Position numbers and translations under genes: made by a program. The notes under the pieces are model-generated. The model did no database searches, had not been told where the DNA came from, and saw nothing but the letters and a program-made list of their open reading frames with translations. From the NCBI GenBank assembly GCA_951406725.2, contig OX597816.1, forward strand, positions 54,932,001 through 54,996,000: a stretch of 64,000 bases of DNA. Direction: 5' to 3'. The DNA comes from Octopus vulgaris. Its lineage: Eukaryota. Numbering within the stretch: position 1 is the stretch's first letter; every line of letters begins with the position of its first letter. Positions 29,720 to 64,000 of the stretch are shown here, in pieces.

Positions 29720-30803
29720 ACACAAACAATTTTTTTTCTTTCCAGATTAATTTCTGACCATAAATATAATGGTTGAATTTGTATCGAATTTTCTCTTCTA
29801 AAATGAGTTCATAACAGACCCATATCAAACATCAGGCAGAATGATTTCAGAAGGGCTCTTCAGTTATAGAAACAACAAGAAATAGTCGTTTTGTGTCGTC
29901 AACGGTTTGGCCAGTTCCACTCGGGAAATTTTTCTTTCATCCTTGATATGGACGACAACGCTCTGTCAACAGTGAGCTTCTGAATACCGTAGTCGAGGAA
30001 AAGCAAACTGCAAGACAATTAGCAAAATGTTTCAGTTCAAATTACAGTTCGATCGCAAAACAGATTCTTGAATTTGGAAAATTGTCTAAACGTGGTCAGC
30101 AAGTCCCTCATCATCTGATTGCTTCTCATCTTAATCAAAGAGTTGCCCTCTGCTCGCTATTGAGAAATATATTTGCTACCAAATCATATTTGAGTAGAAT
30201 CATCACAAATGATGAAAACTAGGTTCTCTATAATGTTATCCAATCAAAACGATAATGGTTTGCACCCAAACCAAGACTACATCCTCCAGCAGTTATACTC
30301 TCTGTTCGGTGGAGTATAAAGAGTATCGTCTATCTTGAGGTGTTAACCCAAAACGAAATAGTTTATGTAGAGAAGTATTGTCTTCATGTGGAAGAATTGC
30401 ACAAACATTTGCAGAAAAGGGCACCCATTACTGGGTGTTGCTCTTGCACAATAATGCAAGACAACATATTGCCGAAATTACGCAGGGAAAAATTAGGACA
30501 CTAAATATGGGAAATTTGCCTCATCCTACTTGCTTTACTGACTTTTATCCACCTGTCTACCATCTTTTTTTCAAGAAAACTAGTTTAATTCTTGCCAAAA
30601 GATTACAAATGATATACTGAGTGTTTCTTATTTTCAAAACCAGAAACATTTTACATCCAAGGGAACACCAATTTGCCAAATAGCTGGGATTATCAGTAAT
30701 CAAAAATAAATATTATCGTGATTAAATATATTGATAAGGATGAAAGAAGCATTTATTTCGTCTCCATTTTGAAATGCTTCAGTGTTTTCTATCCAACCTA
30801 AAA
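29720..30803 (+). mobile_element. Degenerate mariner (Mos1/DD34D-like) transposon
   Basis: RIITNDEN, LLLHNNARQH and LPHPTCFTDFYPPVYHLF correspond to TGDE, HDNARPH and HPPYSPDLAPSDYHLF; multiple stops. Confidence 0.8.
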
Positions 30804-32807
30804 GAAATTACATTTATCTTATTATGAAATTAATTTTCAAGGACTGAATGGTTTGGATAATGTCTATTGCATATCGATACAGTTTATTATTGGGAGGAGC
30901 TGATCAAACAGGTTTCCGATTTGGAAATGTGCAGAAATGTGTACTCTGTGTCTGTCCTCTGATAACTCAGTTATGGCAATCAAATTCAATAGAAAACAAT
31001 AGAAAACAATATAAAGGTTGCGGCATTCTTAGACTGAAACATTTTCTCTCGGTATAAATTGCATTCCAACATTGATATGTTTATGCAATATTTAGTTCTA
31101 TTGCTACATATTCGTACATTTGCATATACACCATTAATCACAGCATATTTTTTCTCTAAACTTCTCCCCCCTCTCTCTCTCTCTCACTCTTTCTCTAATC
31201 TCATTCTATTATTTTTTATTTTAAATTCTTTCTATTTCTTTTAACTTGTCCTTTGTTCACAATCTCTTGTCATTCTTTCGTCTCCAGTTTTCTATAGCTT
31301 GTAATATTGTTGTAACATTTGGCTTCGCCAGTCTTTTGTTTCCCCATCAAAAATCCAATACATTGCCAACCATCAGCTGTCTATCAGGAGATAATGTAGT
31401 TTATATCACCATAGAGACGACTCTTGATAAATTAATTCTTTATTATTCAGTAACCGTCCAGCAAAACATCTGCCCGTATCTTTGTCTAATTTAGTCTATT
31501 CATACATTTTTTAAAGACAACGAAATTCCAAAATTATGAGATTAAAATATTCTACACCACATAATCCTGAGAATATATCCATCTTTGGCTGAATGGTTGC
31601 AAATTACTGCTGAAATATATCAATGACATCTGCCGACTCACATTTACGTTTACTGATTAAATATTAAACATAAATTTATGAAACATTCCAATAATTTTAC
31701 AACAGTTTCGATGTTAAACATCATAAATTCATATTCGAAGATGATATTATTTGGATCATAGTATTGAGCGATGGCGTGTATTTAGTTTCGTTACGAATGT
31801 TTACGCAGCGAGTTTAAATCTGGTCACGGTACACTTAGCCATTTACTTTCAAGACTCACTTATATACAGGAAGGAACCGATTAAACAAGTATTCCTATCC
31901 CAGCTTAAGAATCATGGAGTTTCTCTTAGAAATTGTTATTCTTAGCATCACCATTATTGCAGCGAGTTGGTAGAAGCGTTAGCATTCCTGAAAACTTACA
32001 TCATAACATTTAATTTGTTTTTGCGCATTGAGATCAAATTCCGCCGAGTCAACCTTGGCTTTCGTCCTCTCAGGGCTAATACCCATCAGAGTTAATTCCA
32101 CAAAATTTCTTGCAGACTTGTTACCTGCAGCCTACGGTTCCATGCTATTTGTTTTCTTGAAATATCTAATACTCTCCTAGTGATTCTGTGCATGCCAAGG
32201 AAGCAAATGTTTTCTAACAGCTCTACCGGATACTATATTACCATTACTTTTATGTTCATTTTCATAACTAGTCGTGGGTCAAATGGGGTACGCAACATCA
32301 ATTATAGAGCATATATGATTCTTCGAGTTCAACACCCCTAAATCCGCCCCAACAACTGGTCCGTTTGAATTGAGAAATCCCACAGGATCTTGCAAGTCCT
32401 CGATTGAACTACCACTTTTTGTGGTTTCTGGTTGTACAACGTCTTGGCTCTTTCCCAAGCCCCAAATTTTCAAACAGTTTTCAATGCAGCACTTTAACAA
32501 CCTCATAATGTCGCCACATTTTAGAATGCATTTTGGGGCAAGTTAGGGGCATTCATTCGCAATATTAGCAATGGTGTCTTATTTTCTTTTCCTCACAGGT
32601 TTTGTGGAGCTCCATGAGTCTTGCATACGTAGCGAGCTTACTACCTGCGGCCTACGGTACCATACTATTCGTTCTTTTCAGCTATATGGCGTTCAGCTTT
32701 GAAGACAATATTCTTCTCTATCGCCGCAGGAACTCTCTTTTTCTCTTTTCCTTTATGTCATGGTGTTTTATTCAATATGCCTCAAGTACTCTCTACCGCA
32801 AGTACTC

Positions 32808-32838
<31 letters not shown>

Positions 32839-32949
32839 CTTCTTCTTCTTCTTCTTCTTCTTCTTCTCCCCCTCCTCCCTCTCCTCCTTCTTCTTCTCCT
32901 CCTCCTCCTCCGTCTTCTTCTCCTCTTCTTCTTCTTCTTCTTCTTCTTC

Positions 32950-33017
<68 letters not shown>
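32808..33017. repeat. (CTT)n-(CCT)n-(TTA)n compound microsatellite
   Basis: Direct inspection. Confidence 0.9.
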
Positions 33018-33019
<2 letters not shown>

Positions 33020-33400
33020 GTTTGACTTTTGCTTTACATTTGTACAAGTTGGCTCCAAGTCTCACCCAGAGGCCTCAAGAGACAACAAGTTAGAAGTTCA
33101 TGTTGGTGTTATGCCTAGGGTACCATATATTTGGTTTTGTACATAGTATTGTTCTAGAGAATGTTTAAGAAACAATAAGAAAATTATGTTTGTTTTAAAA
33201 CTTGAGATTACATAGAAAGTATTTTGCGTAGGATATGAGCAGTTCCCATGAACACTATCTTTTGAATTTCTGCCATTTTGGGGTTTCCTGCTATCTGAGC
33301 TAGGTAGCAATCAGCCCCTTTTGCTATCATTCCCAGGGCACCTATAACAACAGTTATTGTTTCAATCTTCAGGTTCCACATTTTGTTAATTTCTATTTCA
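33018..33400 (-). mobile_element. R4/Dong-like (restriction-like endonuclease) LINE 3' end inside (TAA)n
   Basis: EINKMWNLKIETITVVIGALGMI...EIQKIVFMGTAHILRKILSM*; (TTA)n on both sides. Confidence 0.8.
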
Positions 33401-33404
33401 ATTA

Positions 33405-33456
<52 letters not shown>

Positions 33457-34309
33457 GAAAGCGTGCTGGCAGAATTGTTAGAATGTCGGGCAAAATGCTT
33501 AATATCATTAAATCAACTTTGCTTTTCATCCTTTCGTGGTCGATAAAATAGGTACCACTTGATTACTAGAATTGATATAAACGACTAGCCCCGCGATAGC
33601 ATGTTGGCCAACATCATCATCTTTGTCATCTGTTGACGTGTAGGGACATGTCTATGCTCGCTTCCATTGACTGGTTATCTGTCAAACGAGTGAAAATGAT
33701 TTTCATCGGATTACTTATGGATTATTTATAATCAAGATGTTCATTCAAACTTGTGGACTTTACGCCATTCAATGATGCACAAAAGGTCGAATTTTACACA
33801 CGGTTTTATTTTTAAGCCTACATTCACTCCATGATGACATCTTTCATAGATAAATTTAAGCGCACTGAAAATCTCTAACCGAATTCTAAAATAATACAAA
33901 AAAGACCTTATCACTTTTCCGAGCGTCAAACTAATACACCTGCTTGTTGTTTATACACTTGGCTTTGTCGTTTGCTTTCCTGTAAATTTCAACTATAAAA
34001 TAAAATCTGGACGGGGAACAAATATGAATATTCTTATCTGAACCCGGAAAGAATAAAAGAGTCTGGTGAAATTGTAGTTTGAGCAAATTACATTAAAATA
34101 ATAAATTTAAATCTGCTTTGTCTTTTATTACTTCCTATTGTCTAGAGAAGAGTTTCCTTGTTCTTTTTTCTCCATTCTTCATATTTCTTTATTATATCCA
34201 CGAGTCTAATAATTCATTGCTAAATTTTCTTCCAGTCCAACTCTTATTTTGGCTGATGAAAGAAACATTAAGAAAAGAGAGCGAGAGTACTATACTGGCA
34301 GCACAAGAC

Positions 34310-34800
34310 CAAGGGTTTCTATCTTTTCTGGATCCATTCCAAGTGACTTCATGGTAGTCCTTATGCCATCCTTAAATCTCTTTTTAGATTTACACCAATA
34401 GCATTTTCCCTCTGCAAGTTGACCATAAAACAGCTGTTTTGGTTTCCGTTCATCTACCATTTGAACAATATGGCCAAACCATCTCGTCTGATTTTTCAGA
34501 ATCATTGATTTAATTGAAGCGATGTCTGCAGATACAAAAGCATTTGTGTCTGGAGTAAAAAAAAAAAAGCGCTATTTAATGTTTTAAATGAGGCGAAGGC
34601 ATTTTTGGTAGAATTGTTCAAACAATTTTAACTTACTTTCACAATACGTCCATGTTTCAGAAGGGATGGTAAGACAAACGATTTGTAAAGAGCCAAGGTT
34701 TTTGTTGTTAATTATATGTCATTGGCGACGAACGCATGACTCCAAATCACCAAATGCTTGTGCTGCCCTTTGAATTCGCAGATGTATTTCTCTGTCCAGA
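34310..34800 (-). mobile_element. RTE (BovB-like) LINE 3' fragment
   Basis: QTRWFGHIVQMVDERKPKQLFYGQLAEGK...KKRFKDGI. Confidence 0.8.
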
Positions 34801-34875
34801 TTTCCATCATTTTGTACAGAGCTTCCAAGGTAAATGAAAATATCAGTAACCTCAGGCTACTTACTCTTAATGAAA

Positions 34876-34933
<58 letters not shown>

Positions 34934-35003
34934 GTTTATATGTATGTATGTATATATGTATGTATGTATAACATATTCTCAATATAAAATAGTGCACATT
35001 TAA

Positions 35004-35562
35004 ATTCCTTTCAAAATTGCTCTTAAATGTGGTTTTGGTCGTTTTGACTGATTCTTCTAGCGTGTAAAACTACTTGATAAAAGTAGTTTCTCATGTGTTT
35101 AGTGTACACTAATTTTATATGGAGAATATGTTGTCTATTGACTTTTTATACATTCTACGCCACTGGTAGGGAAATTTCTAAAAATATTAGCTACCCTATA
35201 TATTTTACGTATATGATTTTAGCATTTCGAAGATCAATTCGGCATTATTCATCTGCTGCTGACTGAAACTGCACTTGCGCGGTGAATTTGAAAAATTATA
35301 ACATAATTAGAGACACGTGTTATTTGTCTCTAAATTATATGTTAATGTTATGGTGCGGTTACTGATGAGAATTTCGTCTAGCAAATTATTTTATTTCGAA
35401 ATCTAGGTATAACCGTTAAAAAATAACAAAATAAAAGTTTTTTTATTTTCATTCCCTTCGAAACTGCTCTTAAATGTGGTCTTGGTCGTTTTGACTGCTT
35501 CTTCTAGCGTGTAAAACTACCCGTTAAAGGTATTTTCTCTTGTGTTTAAATGTACACTATTA
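35004..35562 (+). mobile_element. Partial tandem pLTR structure (about 115-bp direct repeats) enclosing a hammerhead
   Basis: About 35004-35118 and 35451-35562 are diverged direct repeats. Confidence 0.7.
35356..35415 (+). ncRNA. Hammerhead ribozyme motif
   Basis: CGGTTA-CTGATGA-GAA...TTC-GAAAT-CTAG-GTA-TAACCG; perfect 6-bp stem I, short stem II. Confidence 0.65.
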
Positions 35563-35577
35563 TATAAATATATATAT

Positions 35578-35627
<50 letters not shown>

Positions 35628-35776
35628 CCGCACACACATATAGATATGGTGAGCAGAGAAAATAGAACTCAAAATATGAATATATGCATACTATTGTTTA
35701 TATTTAGTTTTTGAAACCAGTTTGATGAGCGCCAACGCATGAAACTCTCCACCCATGAGTCATATCTATGCTTCTG

Positions 35777-35815
<39 letters not shown>

Positions 35816-35819
<4 letters not shown>

Positions 35820-37812
35820 AAGTATATAATTCTATAAATATACTTATAAAAGTATAAGGGCAACTGCGAAGTAATGATGCGAGAAAAAGACGCCAAAAGA
35901 CTCTAAAGTATTTTATCAGATAGACACGCGCTTAAAACGAGGGAATAAAAAAAAAAAAATTTGAAAAAGTTTAGCCGTAGACCAATTTCTGGTTTAGTGA
36001 CGTAATACCATTTTACCATCATCAGAATGACATAACCAAAAGTACATAACTGTAAACATGTATACATCCCATACGAACACAACTCCAGTCTGATCTATAT
36101 GCTGTGAGTCAATGGGCAGACAGAAACAAAATGCAACTGAATGAGGGAAAATTTGAGCTGATGCATTTTGGAAGAAATTCCTCACTAAAACAACCATACT
36201 CTCTTCCTTCAGGGGAACCGCTCACAGCCTCTAAAAATATCAGAGACCTGGGTGTAATTGTTGATGACGATCTCAGTTGGAGTGCACACATCAACAAGAA
36301 GGTCGATATAGCTCGTAGGATGAGTTCCTGGATCTTAAGAACTTTCCGGTCCAGAGAACTAGGTGTCATCATACCACTTTTTCCTCCTTTGTACGGCCAC
36401 ACCTTGAATACTGCTGCCCACTGTGGTCTCCCCATACAAGACAAAACATCTCCAGAATTGAGTCACCCCAGAGGGCACTCACTAAACGAATTGAAGGTAT
36501 GGCTGCTCTCGATTATTGGGATCGCCTTAAAGCCTTGAAACTTTACTCCCTCCAGCGTCGCCGTGAGCGGTACATCATTTGTACGATGTGGAGAATATAC
36601 CGCCAACTTTGCCCAAATGACCTTAACATTAGCTTCAAGGTTCATCCAAGACTGGGACCAAGGGCCATACGTCCCCTGCCCAATTCAAGATCACAACATA
36701 CATGTACACTGCAACATAATTTCTTTTCCCCAACAGGCCCTGCCCTATTTAACATCGTCCCGAGGGAGATCAAAGAGGAAAAGGATCCCATCAACTTTAA
36801 ACTGAGTCTGGATAGATTCCTTCAAAGAATACCAGATAAGCCACCCATAATTGGATACAACTCACCCAACAAGAACTCACTACTTGAACAAAACTTGATA
36901 CAACTCACCCAACAAGAACTCACTACTTGAACAAAACTTGACTTGAACAAAACTCGACTTAAACAGGATTCGAATAATCCTATCAGGTGGTGCTATTAAG
37001 TTAGACATGGCCTGGACCAATCTTTGGTTGAAACATATCTAAGTTTATCTAAGTTTATCTACGGTGCATATACAAATGTCCACATTTACATACAAGTTAA
37101 AAATCTAGTTCGTATGTATAAATGTTTATGATTATGTACTTTTGGTTATGTCATACCGATGATAGTGAAGTGGTATTACGTCACTCAATCTGAAATTGAT
37201 CGATGTGTAGGTAAGCTTTTCCCCAAAAATTTTTTATTCATTACCTCGCTTTCAGCGCGTGTCTATCTGATAAAATAGTTTAGAGCCTTTCGGCGTCTTC
37301 TCGCATGCGGCATTACTTGACAGTTACCCTTATTATAATTTTATAATGATATTTATAGAATTATATACTTTGTATTAATTTTTACCTTAACGGTTTTTTT
37401 ACATGCTAGCTACTCGATAAAATCCTATAGAAATGTTATCCTTGAGTTTATTTATATATCATCATCATCATCATCATCCTCATTATCATTTAATGTCCGT
37501 TTTACGATGATGATGATGATGATGATGATATATAAATAAAATCAAGGATAAAATCTCTATAGGATTTTCTCAAGTAGCTAGCATGTAAAAAAAACCGTTA
37601 CGGTAAAAATTAATACAAAGTATATAATTTAATAAATATACTTATAATATTATAAGGGTAACTGCCATGTAATGCCACATGCTAGAAGAGAGAAAAAGGC
37701 TCTAAACTATTTTATCAGATAGACACGCGCTTAAAACGAGGGAATGAACAAAAATTTTTTTTGAAAAAGTTTAGATACACATCGGTCGATTTCAGATTTA
37801 GTGACGTAATAC
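35816..37812. repeat. Triple alternating pLTR-like repeat (+,-,+) interrupted by a CR1 insertion
   Basis: 35816-36078, 37108-37470 (inverted) and 37506-37812 share TATTTTATCAGATAGACACGCGC...AGTGACGTAATAC. Confidence 0.8.
36074..37061 (+). mobile_element. CR1-group LINE, 5'-truncated copy A
   Basis: IRDLGVIVD...SLQRRRERY; 1-nt frameshift near 36380; 3' tail (TAAGTTTATC)n; near-identical to 45531-46503. Confidence 0.9.
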
Positions 37813-37832
37813 ATACATACATACATATGTAC

Positions 37833-37935
<103 letters not shown>

Positions 37936-38114
37936 AGTTGGAATTTACATAATATAAAACAAGAGACGAAGACGGGTGTGTAAACTACAAACATATGTAT
38001 TAGTTTAATGCTCAGGAAGTGAAAAAGTCTTTTACCTTTCGAGCCTACACCCTTCAGCAGAAGGGAACACAGAAAAAAACAGAGAGAGAAAATAAAAAGG
38101 TTTAGTGGCTAGCG

Positions 38115-38184
<70 letters not shown>

Positions 38185-38258
38185 AATGAGTGTGTGTATA
38201 GTGGTTTCGTTCCTTTTTTAACAAAACAAGTATTCGGTTTAGTGACAGACAGATTTGG

Positions 38259-38264
38259 TTTAAT
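38259..38264 (-). promoter_or_regulatory. Candidate poly(A) signal (ATTAAA) for the DDC-like gene
   Basis: ATTAAA on the minus strand about 170 nt after the stop; no transcript evidence. Confidence 0.25.
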
Positions 38265-38435
38265 AATCACACGTTTTCAATGTAAGCGGCAATAAGTTTC
38301 ATGCTTCTGATAGTATAATAGTTAGACGAACTTGCATTGCATACCGTGTATTATTACGCAGTCGTTCATTCTTAAAATACACATAGATATACTTATATAT
38401 ACAAAAGAATAGTCTTCGAAATATTGAATATGTTT

Positions 38436-61645
<23,210 letters not shown>

Positions 61646-62093
61646 CTGAAAAGAATGAAATCTTAATTATATACATACTGAAAGACGAAATAAATGCGTG
61701 ATATCTAATAACACGCTTTCATCATTGTTGTTCATAAAGATTCCACGATCCATACTTGAAATATTTCTCCCACATCATTTGAGATTTATGGAAATAATAA
61801 TAGTTTTAAAACTTTTATGCTTATAAGATAAACTACTCTGACTGCATTGATAAATCCGCAAACCTATGACAGAAAATTAAATCACGTTATACCTCTTGGT
61901 AGTCTAAGTTTTATCGTATTTTCTCTTGTTTCAATTTCTTTTTCTTCTCTTTCACCTTCCCTGTTTACCATTCTTAATCTCTTTTGCTATCGGCCCTGTC
62001 CTGTTTTCTTACAATATGTTGCCTGAGATACACCAGCACATTATATATACAATATGCATATTTATGTATGTATGTATGTATCTCTCTACCCCC

Positions 62094-62128
<35 letters not shown>

Positions 62129-62193
62129 AAGAGAGAGAAAGAGAGAGAGAAAGAGTGTGTGTTTTGGAAATTCTTTGATACAGTTATAATATT

Positions 62194-62520
62194 TGGAGGA
62201 AAGATTTTTTGTCAAAGAGTTAAGATCGAGAAAAGAACCTTTTTAGAAAGTCGAAAGACACTAGCCTTTGGGAAGAGATTTCGCAAAATGTGCGTGGGCT
62301 TTGCTTTTATAGATGTTCAAGCGCTTTTAGTTCTTAAAGTTTTCAAGCACGTATTATTATATATAATAGCACATGGTTGAAAACTTTAAGAACTGAAAGC
62401 GCTTACACGTCTATAAAAGCAAAGCCCACACACATGTGAAATCTCTTCCCAAAGGCTAGTGTATTTCGACTTTCTAAAAACGTGCTTTTCTGAATATTAA
62501 CTCTGAGAAAAAATCTTCCC

Positions 62521-62524
<4 letters not shown>
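62194..62524. repeat. Palindrome with about 165-bp arms and almost no spacer
   Basis: Arms meet at TATTATATATAATA (about 62361); right end abuts (TA)n. Confidence 0.88.
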
Positions 62525-62569
<45 letters not shown>

Positions 62570-62765
62570 TATTTTTATATAAGCTTAAATCTTATGGTGA
62601 TCACCGTGCAATGACTAAGGAAAATAGTCTAATAAAGGGACATATAGGACCTCGACAGAAAGGAAAGCCTTCTTTAAGCTTATATAGAAATGCTATTATC
62701 ATTATTTACAGGATACGGCACGTTATAATAAAACCATTCGCACCGAAATATATATATCTATATCT

Positions 62766-62847
62766 GGTAGCGTGGCCGAGCGGTCTAAGGCGATGGTTTA
62801 AGGCACCAGTGTCTTCGGAGTCGTGGTTTCGCATCGCACCTCTACCA
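62766..62847 (+). pseudogene. Degenerate tRNA-Leu(AAG)
   Basis: GGTAGCGTGGCCGAGCGGTCTAAGGCG...TTAAGGC...TTCGCAT...CTACCA: 82 nt, long variable arm, AAG anticodon, A-box intact. The T-loop is altered (TTCGCAT) and the acceptor, anticodon and T stems carry mismatches; a T5 run follows. Confidence 0.8.
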
Positions 62848-62980
62848 TGGGATATTTTTATAGGCGCTGGAGTGGCAGAATATATACTAGGCTTACAAAA
62901 AGTACGTCCTAGGGTCGATTTGTTCGACTAAAGGCGGTGCCTCAGCATGGCCGCAGTCAAACGAGTGAAACAAGTAAAAT

Positions 62981-63047
<67 letters not shown>

Positions 63048-63839
63048 GTATATGTATATATATGTATTAAATGAAATAAAAAACAGAACACAAAGGATTT
63101 CGCGGTACACATGCTTCGAGCTTTATAAAATAACTTATTCTTACATCAATGTATAATCGACATAACAGATAGTTTAAAGCCCTCTTCAGCCGCATGTAAT
63201 TGATACACCAAAGACTTGTATCACATTATGAAAGGTTTGAGGAAGAACATTTGGTATTATTTATAATGGTAGGTAAACTGAGTACCACTGAGAAAGTATG
63301 TTTGTAAATTTTCATAATCAAATAGGTGTACAGGGTATTATTGGACTCCAAAAATCCGTCCATACCGTTTTCTCACTCAATATATATATATATATATACA
63401 TATCACCGTGATCACCATGACCGACCAGGCTATCAGATGCTGCTACACATCGGTGGTCACAATGCGCTTTGCATTGTATTAGCCTTCGAATGACGCCATC
63501 CCGCTGGCTAAGCGAGCAGGCCATAAAAATTATTAAGGTGGTCATTCGCTATTTACAGGCAAAAGACAAGTATAGCCGTCACTAGAATGACAGAGGGTGC
63601 TAATAAGCACAATAATTGCTAGAAATAAGAGTCAAAACAACTCTTAGCCACATGAGAGTACATTTCTGACGGTTGACAAGGGAGACAAACTCTCTACGGC
63701 AAGCGAATGGAGTCATATCAACGACCATTTCAGATTTGATGAATTCTCATCAGTGACCCATTACTTCGTCACGTTGTCAGTCTTATAGAGAATCCCATAG
63801 GAAACACTGACTGATTCCGTATATTTATATTTATATTTA

Positions 63840-64000
63840 TATTTATATTTATATATATTTATATTTATATATGTCTTTCAACATGTGATCTCTTAAGCAC
63901 CACCAGCTCAAATATTGTCTCCTCTGTCTTCCCTCCTTGGGATCTTTCCTTCTCCTTGTTTCCGACGAAGAGCTCCGCTCGAAACGTTAAACCCTTCTTC
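63840..64000 (+). mobile_element. Penelope pLTR-like end with hammerhead-like motif
   Basis: CCGACGAA-GAGC-TCC-GCTC-GAAAC-GTTA at 63962-63989. Confidence 0.5.

Noticed and set aside
32602-33146. Poly-Leu/Ser/Arg ORFs resembling membrane or basic proteins
   Set aside because: Products of the (CTT)/(CCT)/(TTA) tract plus a LINE 3' UTR.
61646-64000. Next upstream DDC exon (AHSSVE...GLIPF)
   Set aside because: No matching minus-strand segment found by eye; presumably outside the window.

Overview
Eukaryotic, AT-rich, microsatellite-dense DNA, very probably an octopus (recognisable octopus-type tRNA-derived SINEs, abundant Penelope-like elements). One host gene is present: the last seven exons of a minus-strand aromatic-L-amino-acid decarboxylase (DDC/AADC family, PLP fold I) at 38436-61645. 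Its splice sites are intact GT-AG, most exon sizes match human DDC, and its 5' exons lie beyond the right edge. The enzyme keeps the PLP lysine and catalytic tyrosine but has a remodelled substrate pocket/loop and ends in a CaaX prenylation motif (CFKCIII*). The rest is repeats: Penelope-like elements (GIY-YIG fragments, inverted pLTR hairpins, minimal hammerhead ribozymes), CR1-, RTE- and R4/Dong-type LINEs, Tc1/mariner elements, SINEs, a degenerate tRNA-Leu(AAG), a 165-bp minisatellite and two recent local duplications. The most striking DNA structure is a 4.7-kb intronic composite (CR1 + Penelope + a copy of the host gene's own intron + inverted Penelope) that reads like one serial template-switching retro-insertion. 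Nearly all supplied ORFs are microsatellite artefacts or TE fragments.
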